Shown piece by piece: positions 51,791-64,000 of a stretch of 64,000 nucleotides of DNA (the first letter of the stretch is position 1; the number at the start of each line of letters is the position of its first letter). The position numbers were made by a program, and so were the translations under genes. The notes under the pieces are model-generated. The model was not told where the DNA came from. It saw nothing but the letters and a program-made list of their open reading frames with translations, and did no database searches. The stretch is from Mobula hypostoma. Its lineage: Eukaryota. The stretch covers positions 97,466,001 to 97,530,000 of the forward strand of contig NC_086108.1 in the NCBI RefSeq assembly GCF_963921235.1, given 5' to 3'.

Positions 51791-52435
51791 GTCATCCTCT
51801 TGGAGGTTTATAAATGCTTGCTTTGACTGTATTTCTAATGAGGAGGACTTTAAGTTATGTGGAGATAATTTGAATCCTGGGATTGTTCCTTTTGAGGAGA
51901 ACATACTCTGTGAAGGTAAACACATAAGCAGCCACTTTAGTTTCCGGACTCTGGTTCATGCTGCACAGTGCCCCCTCTTGGTTATCCTTGGTGTTGCAGG
52001 TTTGGACTGGGATCCCTGCTTCAAGGTGATGGAACCTTTTCCCCAGCCTGCCTCGCCACATATTACATTGTTGACACCTTGCAGAGCTAATTTGATGCAC
52101 ATTCCAGCAGTAAAGGGCACGCTACACTAAGCTACAGTAAGTCTTTGAGTGATGTGCCCTGGCAAATTACAAGTGACAGTTGGAGAGGTCATGGGGGTGA
52201 GGGAATTCACCCCCATCCATGGTTTATCAGATTATAAGCGTAGGGTTCTTGCAGAGAGGCTTCTTTGAGCTAAGGGGCTTGGAGACGGAAAGTTGGAGCT
52301 GGCAGGAGAGAGTCACAGAGCTAATTTCACAATGACCCATCCAGAGGTTTTAGGACCATGCCTTAGGTGATGAGGTGAGAGCTCTTACACTTTGTTTCTT
52401 TAAACTTCAACTGTTGTAGCCTCTAAGAAAGGAAC

Positions 52436-52501
52436 AAACACACACATACACACACACACACACACACACGCGCACACACACACACACACACACACGCACG
52501 C

Positions 52502-52546
<45 letters not shown>

Positions 52547-53193
52547 CACAAACACAGACACACACATACACACACACACACACACATATACACATACACA
52601 GACACACACACATAAAGACACACACACAGACACACATACACACAGAGGCACACACACATACAGGCACATACAAACACATACACACAGACACACACACACA
52701 CACAAATACAGATACACACACATATACACAGACATACACACAAAAAGACACACACAGACACATACACAGGCACACACAAACAGAGACATACACATACACA
52801 GACACATGCATAAACACACACACAGACACACGCATAAACACACACATACACAGATACACACACAGACACACACATACACAGACACACATAAGCACACAGA
52901 CACAGACACATGCAAACTCACACACATACATGCACATAGACACACAAAAACACACAAACGCACATACACAGACAGACAAACACAGACACACAGGCACAGA
53001 CACACACATAGATAGGCACCCACATACACAGACATAGATAGACACAGACACAGACAGACACAGACACACATATACAGATATGCACACAGTCAGACAGACA
53101 CACACACATACACAAACACACACAGACACACACAGATACACGGAAACACACACCCACACATAAAGTCACACAGACACATTCAAACACAGACAG

Positions 53194-53233
<40 letters not shown>

Positions 53234-53485
53234 GCACACATAAACATACATACACACATACACAGACATACAGACACACACACACACACTCAGATACACA
53301 GAGATACACACACACCTATAAACACACAGACACATACAAACACAGACATACACGCATACACAGATACACGCACAAACACAGACATACACACATACACACT
53401 CACATACACTGAGACACATAGACACACATATATGATCACACAGACGTATACAAACACACACACATGCATGCACATAGACACACAT

Positions 53486-53526
<41 letters not shown>
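52436..53526. repeat. Degenerate (CA)n microsatellite, ~1.1 kb
   Basis: CA/TA/GA dinucleotide mosaic with pure (CA)n blocks at both ends and near 53195-53232. Confidence 0.98.
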
Positions 53527-53527
<1 letters not shown>

Positions 53528-54659
53528 CTAAACACCTTGAAATAATGTAATCTTTCACATCTCCTCAGTTTGCCCATCAGCTGGGGCACCGAATGACTAC
53601 TCCTGCTATTGTCCTTAAACCGGCCCTCTCCCCTCTGATCCCTCATCCCTGATGCAGGATTTCAATCTGAAACATCAACAAATCCTTCGCTGTTCGCTGC
53701 CCCTCACCACTCTTGCTGCTTGACCTACCGAGTTCTGCTAGTAGACGGTACTGTATGATGCTTCATATTCTAGCATTGGCCGTCTCTCATTCCTCTCTGC
53801 GGAAAAAATATTTCCCTTTTGTCTTTCATCCATATCGGTTAAGGAACAGAACCTTATGCCAGGAAACAGGAGGGAACCCCTCATACTCAGGCTGGAGAAG
53901 ATAGTCTGTGGATTAACCCAAGCCTAGGCAGATGGTACCATTTGAGAAGCTTTCAGATACCTTCTGATCCGTTACCATTCATCCTCTCCCTCATCCAAGG
54001 AAAGTCCTTCATATCAACGTGCCGACTCCTTCCCAAAATAGTTCCACACACACACCCTTGTCTTGCTCTTCAGATTCAGATTAATTTATTTAACATGTGA
54101 TCCATGAAACATACAGTGAAATGCATCGATGTACATGCTGTGAAGAAATGAACTTGAATCTGATGAGTTTGCATTGGTCTTGTGGCGTTTTCATTACAAG
54201 CTGTCAAAAGAGGCTCACAGTTGCTGGCTACTTGTGCAGTCACGCCAGAGAAGGAGGGGATGAGGAAGTTAGTTTAGAAGTGTGGAGAGATACACTTCAA
54301 TGACAAACTTTGCCATCTTCAAGGATTCATCCTTGAAGAAGAAAGCAGAGTTTGTCATCGAAACATTGGTTATAATTGATACCTGTACCCGGTTGGAAGC
54401 CTGAGAAGAGTTTGTTATATACACCAGGAAAGCATTAGATTCTTTTTCAATTCCAGTGGTGTTTAGTACTGAAGATTTGCATAAATATTGCTGTGTAGGC
54501 CTAATTGTTTAATGCAATTGTGTAGAGACTTTGGGATGATACCAATTATGGATATTACTATTGGGGAAATATATACTCTGTTCATCTTCCATAGTCTTTC
54601 AGTTTCCTCTTTTAATTCAGATATTTCTGGTATTTTTTGTTTATTGATTTACTCCTCTT

Positions 54660-54960
54660 TCATACCACTGTAATATTCTTTACTCTGCTTAAATACTGCT
54701 ACATCAGACTTTATTTTCTCCCTATCAAATTTCGCTGGTTCCTCAGGGTTCTTTTACCTTAAGTTCCCTAATCGCCTCCAGTTCATTACATAACACCCAA
54801 TCCAGTATAGCTGATTCCCTAGTAGGATCAATGACAAACTGCTCTAAAAAGCCATCTTGTAGGCAAATGATAATTTCACTCTCTTGGGATCCATTTCCAA
54901 CCTGATTTTCCCAATTGGTCTGCATGTTAAAATCTCCCATGACTATCATAACATTGCCCT
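54660..54960 (-). mobile_element. CR1 endonuclease-region fragment
   Basis: IVMGDFNM..DGFLEQFV..PTRESAILDWVLCN. Confidence 0.8.
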
Positions 54961-54961
54961 T

Positions 54962-57175
54962 AAGTACTAAGTAAGTTGTTCTTGCTTGTTTATCCTGTAG
55001 TATTATATCTGTTCAGTTGTTGTGGATTGTCCTATAATGGATCAGTGGTAATATAATTCGTAAAGCTCTGACTCTAAAACTGGATCAGGTTTGTATTTAT
55101 AGTAAAGTATGGTTTCTTTCATGAGTTTGTATTTTGAAGTAAGATTTTGCTGAATGATGTTTCCCACATGATTGTGGCTGTGTAAGTAATCAGATTGAGT
55201 TAAACTGCTGCAGGATCCTGTAATGTGTTGAGTTGTTTCTGGCTTCTCTTTGCATTTTCTGCATTTATCATTTGAATTTGTCATTCTTTTATTATGTATT
55301 TCTGATAATTTTTTGTATTAACCACCTGGTTCTATATTACCACAAAGAACCCCTCTGTTTCAGGGAAGAGGTCTCCAAATTTAAGTCAGGTGTTCAATGC
55401 TTCCTTGTGGACATCTAGTCTGCTCAGGTCAGGTCATGGGGATGTCTTCCATGGAGGGTCAAGCTCTTCCATTAGTTAACTTTTTCTTCTGTAGTGATAA
55501 TGTCTTCATTTTTCTGAGTTGTGCTTTTACTTAAGTTTGGTGGTATGCTTGTATGGAGTGTTGTTTTCGCTCATGAAAACATATCCTTAGAAGTTTTATC
55601 TGACTGTTGTGTAAATGTTTTATGTCTGTTATTCCTCTTCCTCCTTCTAAGTGAGTTTGAGTTTGCATCGTGTTTTGTAAAATTTGTCATTTCGGTTCCT
55701 ATTTTTCTTTGTAAATTTTCCAGATCAGTTTCAGACCAAGATATTATACCAAAAGAATACATTAATATGGGTATAGTGAAAGTGTTTATTGGCTTTGTTA
55801 TATTTTTACTGTTGAGTTCTGTCTGGCAGATTTTCTTAAGCCTTGAAGTAAATTCTGTCGGAAGTTTTCTCTTTATCGCACCATGATCCATTTTCTTTGC
55901 TTGTTGATATTCTAGATACTTAAATGTTTCATATTCATCCATCGGTTGTGTTGTATCCTGCAGCTCTCTTTTGTACTCTGTTATCTCTATTGCACCTTAC
56001 TTCATGTTGAATGTTCTGCACTTATGTAGTCCAAAGTTCATATTTATATCTTTCGGAAATAGTTCTGCTATTTCAATTGATTGCTTTCGCTTTACTGATG
56101 AAGGATTGTGTAATTTCAAATCGTCCATGCATAGAAGATGTGTCAACGTATAATTCATTTGGTTGTCTCTGATTTGATAGCCTGTTTTCATCCGATTTAG
56201 TAAATTAGAGAACAGTTTAAAACTAGACAAAACCATAGTAGGCCATGTTAGATGCCTCAGTTTATTTTGATAATGTCGGTTGTTCTATTTTGGTTGTTTA
56301 TAGATAGGGTGATTATAGCACAACAGTGCATCATCAGATGTTACGGGATTTTCACAAGTATTGGGTGTAGTTTATGTATATTAAAAACTTCTATTAACCA
56401 TGAGTATGGAAGAGAATCAAATGCTTTATGACAGTTAATATAACAACATGAAAAAATTTCTGGTTTTCCTCCAGGCTTGATTTAGAATTACAGAATCTAT
56501 TATCAGTTGTTTTTTTTACATCCCTTCATACCCTTACGGCATCCTTTCTCCTCTTCTGTAAGTATATTGTGGTTATCTAAGTGAGTAGTGATTAGTTGTG
56601 AGATGCATGATGTTACAATTTTATATATAGTTTGTAAACAAGTAATAGGACGATATTTTGATGTGACTTGTGATTTCTCCTTTAGCTATGACATCCTGTA
56701 TGATCTACCTTCTGTCAAAAATTTGGGCAGCTTTTCAGGATTTTTAAGAAAATTGATAATATGTATAAATAGATATGGATGAAGGGAAGTAAATTTGTTA
56801 TAGCAAGAATTATGAATATTATCACAGCTGGTACTTTTGCAGTTATGGATATATATTTTGTAACTACTTTTAGCATATCCATTGTAACCTTCTTGCTTGG
56901 GTTATCCATTTTATACTCCATTAGGCAGGCTTTTTCAATTCTTAAGATTTCAATTTTGTTTCTTAATCTCTTCTTCCATTTTGGTGTTCTCATTACTCAG
57001 CTTTGGGTTTCTATTAATGAGTGCCTTTATTTTGGAGCTATTGCTCTACACTGCTGTTAATGCTGCATAGTATGTTATTGTGTGTAGTTCTTCAAATGTT
57101 TCAAGTTTTCCTAAATATTGTAATAATATAATATTGTTGAGTGTATTAGCAATTTTTGCAGTTTTTAAATGATGT
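54962..57175 (-). mobile_element. Degraded R4/Dong-like non-LTR retrotransposon, copy 1
   Basis: PKWKKRL, QLIIDSVILNQA, THLLCMDDLKL, INMNFGLHKC, FKYLEY, LMYSFGIISW, CCHC motif CRKCKEKPETTQHITGSC. Confidence 0.8.
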
Positions 57176-57187
57176 ATTTTGTTATAG

Positions 57188-57960
57188 GGTGAATGTGGAG
57201 AAGATATTTCCTCTGGTGGGGTTATCCAGAACCAGAGGGCACAGCATCAAAATTGAAGGACGACCTTTTAGGTCAGAGGTAAGGGGGAATTTTTTTAGCC
57301 AGAGAATAGTAAATCTGTGGAATGCTTTGCCACAGACTGCAGTGGAGGCCAAGTCCATGCATATATTTAAGGTAGAAGATGATCATTTCCTGATCAGTCA
57401 GAGCATGAAAGGATACGGCGAGAAGGCAGGTGTATGGGGTTGAGTGGGATCCGGAATCAGCCTTGATGGAGTGGCGGAGTATAGTTGATGGGCTGAATGG
57501 CCTAATTCTGCTCCTATGTCTTATGGTCTTATGGTTTTGGTATGTGGAGACTTTTTGTTCTGTCTGTGTCCATGTATTCTGCTAGTGTTAAATGTGGCTG
57601 TATCACAGTCTGGTATGGGGGAGGGGGCAACTGCATAGGATTGAAGTAAGCTGCAGAGAGTTGTAAATATAGTTGTCTCCATCATGAGCACTAGACTACA
57701 TAGGATCCAAGACCTTTTCAAGGAGCGATGCCTCAAAAAGGTGGTGTCCATCACTGAGGACCCCCATCTCCCAGGACATGCCCCCTTCTCATTGTTACCA
57801 TCAGGAAGGAGGCACAGAGGCCTGAAGGCACACACTCAATGTTTCAGGAACAGCTTCTTCCCCTCTGCCATCCGATTTCTGAATGGACATTGAACCCATG
57901 AACACTACCTCACTAATTTTTAATTTCTATTTTTGCACTACTTATTTAATTTAACTATTA
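57188..57960 (+). mobile_element. CR1 3' end followed by a Rex1 3' end
   Basis: SRTRGHSIKI..NFFSQRIVNLWN; LLPSGRRHRGL..FRNSFFPSAIR. Confidence 0.8.
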
Positions 57961-58007
57961 CTTTTACTATCACTTTACTATTAAATTAACAATTACTATT
58001 ACTATCA

Positions 58008-60250
58008 CTTCGGAAAATCGGACCATCAGGCCGTACTCCTCCTCCCAGCTTACAAACAGAAACTGAAGCGGGAGGTCACGGTGTCAAAAGTGGTGTCGCA
58101 TTGGACAGAGGAAACGGATGAGGTTCTCCGTGACTGCTTTGAATCGGTGGACTGGTTAGTATTCAAGGACTCGGCAGCTAACCTCAATGAGTATGCCTCA
58201 GCTGTCACGGACTTTATTTGGAAATGCACGGAGGACTGTGTGTCTCGCAAGACGATCCGGGTATTCCCTAACCGGAAACCTTGGATGAATTATGAGGTCA
58301 AGTCCCTTTTAAAGGCTAGAACTGTGGCTTTTAGGTCCGGGGATACCAGTTGTTACACGGAATCCAGGCGTGAACTCCGGAAAGCCATTAAGGGCGCCAA
58401 GAGGCAATATCGAGCTAAGTTGGAAGCCCAGGCTAACCAAAGGGATGCCAGTAGACTATAGCAGGGTCTAAATGAAATCACTGGGCACAAAGAAAAGGCT
58501 GGGAATATCAATAACTGTGGCGCTTCTCTTCCTGACGAACTTAACATATTCTACGCATGATTCGAACAGAAGAGGAGCGTCCCGCTCCCTCCGGATGAAC
58601 CGGACCTGGTGGCATTGAGATTCATCGTCACCGAGGAGGACATTAGAAGGGTCTTCCTGAAGATAAATCCAAGGAGGCAACGGGCCCAGTTGGCGTCCCA
58701 GGACGGGTTCTCCGGGCCTATGCAAGCGAGCTAGCTGGAGTGTTTGCTGACATCTTCAGCTGCTCCTTGCTTCAGTCTAAGATCCCCTCGTGTTTTAAGA
58801 AGGCAACGATAATCCCAGTGCCAAAGAAGAGCAAGGTGGCATGCCTGAATGACTATCGACCTGTGGCTCTGACGTCAATTGCTATGAAGTGCTTCGAGAG
58901 ATTGGTTTTGGCACACATCAATCACAGCCTACCGGTCAACCTCGACACTTTGCAACAGGTCAATGGCAGATGCCATCTCTCTGGCCCTACATTCCTCCTT
59001 AGAACACCTGGAGAATAAAGATGCGTACGTAAGGCTCCTTTTCATTGACTACAGCTCTGCCTTTAATACCATCGTTCCAAATAAACTGATTCCTAAGCCC
59101 TGGAACCTGGGCCTTAGCACTCAGATCTGCAGCTGGATCTTCAACTTCCTCACAGACATGACCCAGGCTGTAAAAATAGGGGACAAGCTCTCCTCTACAT
59201 TCACTCTGAGCACCGGTGCCCCACAAGGCTGTGTACTCAGCCCCCTGCTGTACTCACTGTACACCCATGATTGTGTAGCCAAGTTTCCATCAAACTCAAT
59301 ATATAAGTTTGCTGATGACACAACAATTGTAGGCCGTATCTCGGGTAATGATGAGTTTGGGTACAGAGAGGAAATTAAGAACCTGGTGGCATGGTGCGAA
59401 GACAATAACCTATCCCTCAACGTCAGCAAGACGAAGGAATTGGTTGTTGACTCAGAAGGAGTAGCAGACCGCACGACCCAATTTACATCGGTGGTGTGCA
59501 AGTGGAACAGGTCAAAAGCTTTAAGTTCCTTGGGGTCAATATCACAAATGACCTGACTTGGTCCAACCAAGCAGAGTTCACTGCCAAGAAGGCCCACCAG
59601 CGCCTTTACTTCCTGAGAAAACTAAAGAAATTTGGCCTGTCCCCTAAAACTCTCACTAATTTTTATAGATGCACCGTAGGAAGCATTCTTCTCGGGCGCA
59701 TCACATCCTGGTATGGAAGTTGTCCTGTCCAAGACCGAAAGAAGCTGCAGAAGATCGTGAACACGGCGCAGCACATCACACAAACCAATCTTCCGTCCGT
59801 GGACTCACTTTACACCACACGCTGTCGGAGCAGTGCTGCCAGGATAATCAAGGGCACGACCCACCCAGCCAACAGATTTTTTGTCCCTCTTCCCTCCAGG
59901 AGAAGGCTCAGAAGCTTGAAGACTCGTACGGCCAGATTTGGGAACTGCTTCTTTCCAACTGTGATAAGACTGCTGAACGGATCCTGACCCATATCTGGGC
60001 CGTACCCTCCAAATAACCGGACCTGCCTCTCGGTTTTTTTTGCACTACCTTACTTCCCATTTTTCTATTTTCTATTTATGATTTATAATTTAAATTTTTA
60101 ATATTTATTAATTATAACTATTTTGAATATCTTTAATATTTAATGTTTGTAATTCAGGGAGTGTGAAGCGCAGAATCAAATATCGCTTGAATAATTGTAC
60201 ATTCTAGTACCAATTGTTTGGTGAGAATAAAGTATAAAGTATAAAGTATA
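58008..60250 (+). mobile_element. Relatively young Rex1/Babar LINE, 5'-truncated, RT broken by stops and frameshifts
   Basis: [56 protein letters not shown] plus (AAAGTAT)n tail. Confidence 0.92.
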
Positions 60251-60360
60251 TTTACTGTAATTCATAGTTATTTCCCTATTGTTATGTATTGGAACATGCT
60301 GCTGCAAAGACAACAGATTTCATGACATATGCCAGTGATATTAAACCTGATTCGGATTCT

Positions 60361-61350
60361 CAGATCATGGGGATGTCTTCCATGGAGAGTCATCCTCTTC
60401 CATTGGTTAACTTTTTCCTTCCGTATTGATAATCTCTTCATTTTTCTGGGTTGAGCTTTTATTTAAGTTTGGTGGTGTGCTTTTCTTATCAAAATTGCAT
60501 GTGCTTGCCTGGAGTGCTGAATCCTTTATTCGTTGATGAAGATGTTTCCTTAGAAGTTTTATGTAACTGTTGCATAAATGTTTGATGTCTGTTCGTCCTC
60601 TTCCTCCTTCTACTTTAGGTAGTGTTAATCTAAGCGCATCTGAGTGTACATAGTGTTTTCAGAATTTTGTCATTACTGTTCTTATTTTGTTTTATAAATT
60701 TTCCAGAGTGGTTTCAGACCAAGATGCTATGCCAAAAGAATACGTTTATATGGGTATAGCGAAAGTGTTTATTGCCTTTGTTATATTTTTACTGTTGAGT
60801 TCTGTCTGGCAGATTTTCTTAAGCCTTGAAGTAAATTCTGTCGGAAGTTTTCCCTTTATCGCACCATGATCCATTTTCTTTGCTTGTTGATATCCCAGAT
60901 ACTTAAGTGTCTCACATTCATCCATCGGTTGTATCGTATCCTGCTGATCTGTTTTATATTTTTCTAGCTCTATTGCACCTTTCTTTATGTTTAATGTTCT
61001 TTTTTGGTTATTAATAGACAGAGTGATGCTGGTATGCCAATGCTTCATCAGATGTTGTGGGAATTTCAAACGTATTGTGTTTAGTTTATATTTATTAGGA
61101 ACTTCTATTAACCATGTGTGTGGGACAGAATCAAGTGCTTTTGGTATTCAAAATAACAACATGAAAGATTTCTGGTTTTCCGCCAGGCTTGATTTAGAAT
61201 CACGGAATCTATTATCAATTGTTCTTTACATCCTTTCATACCCTTATGGCATCCTTTCTCCTCTTCCCTAAGTATATTGTGGTTATCTAGATGAGTGGTG
61301 ATTAGTTGTGGCATGCATGATGTTACAATTTTATATCTAATTATATAAAA
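60361..61350 (-). mobile_element. Degraded R4/Dong-like element, copy 2
   Basis: Colinear with 55428-56630; KGCKEQLIIDSVILNQA, LKYLGYQQ, KAINTFAIPI. Confidence 0.8.
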
Positions 61351-61361
61351 TATTTTTTTAA

Positions 61362-61970
61362 GATTATGAAGACACACGGTCCTCTTTTATTGTCATTTAG
61401 TAATGCATGCATTAAGAAATGATACAATATTTCCTCTGGTGTGATATCACAAAACACAGGACAGACCAAGACTGAAAAAACTAACAAAACTACATAATTA
61501 TAACATATAGTTACAACAGTGCAACAATACCATAACTTGATGAAGAACAGCCTATGAGCACAGTACAAAGTTCAAAGTCTGTCAAATGTCCCACATCTCA
61601 CGCCAACGGGAGAAGGAAGAAAACCTCTCCCTGCCATGCCCAACCACAGTCCGACTCTGAGTCGTCCAAAAACTTTGAGCCTCCGATCAGCTCTCCAACA
61701 CCGAGTACCGAGCACCATCTCTATCCAAACGATTTGACCTCAATCTCGGTCGCCAACAGCAGGCAAAGCTGGGGATTTTGAGGCCTTCCCTCTGGAAGAT
61801 TCTCGATCACGCAGTAACAACAGCAGCGAACGAGCGTTTCAGAAATTTCTCCAGATGTTCCTCTGTGCTTTCACGTCTGTCAAATTGTCCACGGCCCCTA
61901 TTTAACGGATACGATATCATTTTCACCGGAGGGCTGCGCACGCGTGGCGCGCTGCTATCTCTCCTCCCGC
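61362..61970 (-). mobile_element. Young non-autonomous LINE-tail-type retroposon
   Basis: Minus-strand AATAAA and tail at the left end, CpG-rich head at the right end, no coding body. Confidence 0.5.
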
Positions 61971-62599
61971 TGTTTTATTATTATTATTTATCTTTTTTCT
62001 ATTATTATTATTTATACCTTTTCTCAGCTTAAGCTAGTAAAACCTGAGGTGCGAGTTTTTATTATTGTTATTACTATTAGATTTTTGTATTTTCACGCTT
62101 GTCTTCTTTTGCACACTTGTTGCTTAGTCTTTGTGTGTAGTTTTTCATTGATTCGATTGTATTTCTTTGCGCTACTGTGAATGCCTGCAAGAAAATGAAT
62201 ATCAGGGTGGTATATGGTGGTACAGGTACTTTGATAATAAATTTACTTTGAACTTTGGACTTTGGCATGGAGGCACCAATGCACAGGATTGAAAAAGCTG
62301 CTGAGGATTTAAACTCAGCCAGCTCCATCGTGGGCACTATCTTCCCCGTCATTGAGGACTCATAAGGGTACACAAGCTTTCAGGAGCATGAGGTGGGATC
62401 TTCTCTCAGGATGCCAGCCTCCTCCGCTCATCACACGTTTTCAGCCACTGGCCTTGCTTGTGTACTGCAGGGTCAGGTGACGAAACGCTACAGTAAGTGA
62501 CTAGCCCTGTCAAAAGCCCGTCATGCGGACTTGCTGTTGGAAGGAGACAGGGAGAAGCCTTCCATCGGCCTGGTCGCAGCTGCAGTGGAGGAACTGCTT

Positions 62600-62900
62600 T
62601 ATCAGCTTCATTTGTCATGTGTACGTCAAAACATGCAGACATACAGTGAAGTGTGTTGTTTTGTGTCAACGACCAACAGCTGGGGGCAGCCTGCAAATGT
62701 GACCGTGCTTCGGGTGCCAACATAGCATGCCCACGGCTTACGAACTTGCATGTCTTCTTGGACTGTGGGAGGAAACTAGAGCATTGGGAGGACACCCCTG
62801 CAGCCATAGGGAGAACGTACAGACTCCTTACGGACAGCGGTGGAAATGAGCGCGAGTCGCTGGTGTTGTGTGAACCGCTACCCCACCGTGCCACTCGTAT
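62600..62900 (-). mobile_element. V-SINE
   Basis: Reversed V-domain ggactgtgggaggaaactagagc..gggagaacgtacagactcctta. Confidence 0.7.
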
Positions 62901-63054
62901 CACTGTATCAGTAAGACAACTACAGATGTCGAAGGTATTTACAAAAGGTAAACCCTGGGACTTGTGGTTATTATTAATACCAATATAGCAGATTTCCTTT
63001 TGGTTTACAATGTGGGGATAATTTGCTAATCACAAATCTTTATTTCAATTACAG

Positions 63055-63985
63055 GAGAAATTTTGCAGGTACTTGAAATCCAAAGCAACAGCACACCAAA
63101 TGCTGGAGGAGCTCAGCAGCTCAGGCAGCAACTGTGGAAGTGAATAAACAGTCGATGAGACCCTTCGTCAGGACTGGAAAGGAAGGGGGAAAACTCCAGC
63201 ACAAAATGAGGTGGAGAGGGGAAGGAGGGTAGCTGGAAGGTGATAGGTGAAGCCAGGTGGGTAGGAAAGGTAAAGGGCTGGAGAAGAAGGAATCTGATTG
63301 GAGAAGAGAGTGGACCATAGGAGAAAGGGAAGGAGAAGAGGACCCAAGTGGTGGCAATAGGCAGGTGAGGAGAGGTAAGGGGCCAAAATGCAGAATAGAA
63401 GGTGGGGGGGGGGGGACGTTTACCAAAAGGAGAAATCAATATTCATCCCATCTGGTTAGAGGCTACCTTGATGGAATATAAGGTGTTGCTCCTTCACCCT
63501 GAGGGTAGCCTCATCGTGGACCAAGAGGAGGCCATGGACCAGCATTTCGGAATAGGAATGGGAATTGGAATTGGAATTAAAATGTTTAGCCACCAGGAAG
63601 TTTGCTTTAGGTGGTTGAAGCGGAGGGGCTTGACGAAACAGTCCCCCAATTTACGACGGGTCTCAGCAATGTAAAGGAGGCCGTGTTGGGAGCTCTGGGT
63701 ATAATAGACGACCCCAGCAGGTTTGCAGCAATTGTTTGGGCATCAGAGTTCCAGTGGAAGATGTAAGTGGATTAACTATGGAACTTCCTGAGTCATGAAT
63801 GAATGTATTTTCCTCCCTCAGTGAATTTTTTTATTCCTTGGCAGCGTAACAAGGGTGTTGCAGAGAATTGTCCTAATGGCCCAAAACATTGATTATTTAC
63901 TCTTCTCCACAGATACTGCCTGATTTCTTCCAGCATTTTGAGAGCATTGCTCAGGATTTCCAGCATTTGCAGAATCTCTTGTGAT
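63055..63985 (-). mobile_element. Penelope-like 3' end (63055-63725, -) plus an inverted terminal piece (~63880-63985, +)
   Basis: Homologous to 25215-25920. Confidence 0.75.
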
Positions 63986-64000
63986 TATGCAGAGGACTGT

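Noticed and set aside
51789..52130. 113-aa ORF with a donor-like GTAAAC
   Set aside because: No recognisable protein; the nucleotide text looks like a heavily decayed CR1 remnant.
52400..53646. Cys/Val-rich and His/Thr-rich ORFs
   Set aside because: Translations of the (CA)n tract.

Overview
This is repeat-saturated vertebrate non-coding DNA (intronic or intergenic). The repeat mix (HE1/V-SINE-type SINEs, CR1 LINEs with (TTTCTATG)n tails, Rex1/Babar, RTE, R4/Dong, Penelope-like elements, Tc1 and Tigger DNA transposons) suggests a cartilaginous fish, probably a ray; this is inference. I could not identify any host exon with confidence. The main finding is at 1670-3199. A Gypsy-type LTR retrotransposon derivative has lost RT, RNase H and the integrase core. 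In their place is an uninterrupted ~390-nt piece resembling the C-terminal Pro-rich and coiled-coil region of SH3KBP1/CIN85. It is fused in frame between the aspartic protease and the integrase tail, and the PPT and 3' LTR are intact. Other notable items: short Penelope-derived insertions with minimal hammerhead-ribozyme cores and 11-14 bp TSDs; a CR1 fragment flanked by a ~190-bp direct duplication; a ~458-bp inverted duplication of a nested CR1/Rex1 junction; a near-intact CR1 ORF2 with one stop; an internally deleted Rex1; two R4/Dong copies; and a G-rich 57-bp minisatellite. Boundaries of degraded repeats are approximate, and family names come from motif recognition, not database searches.
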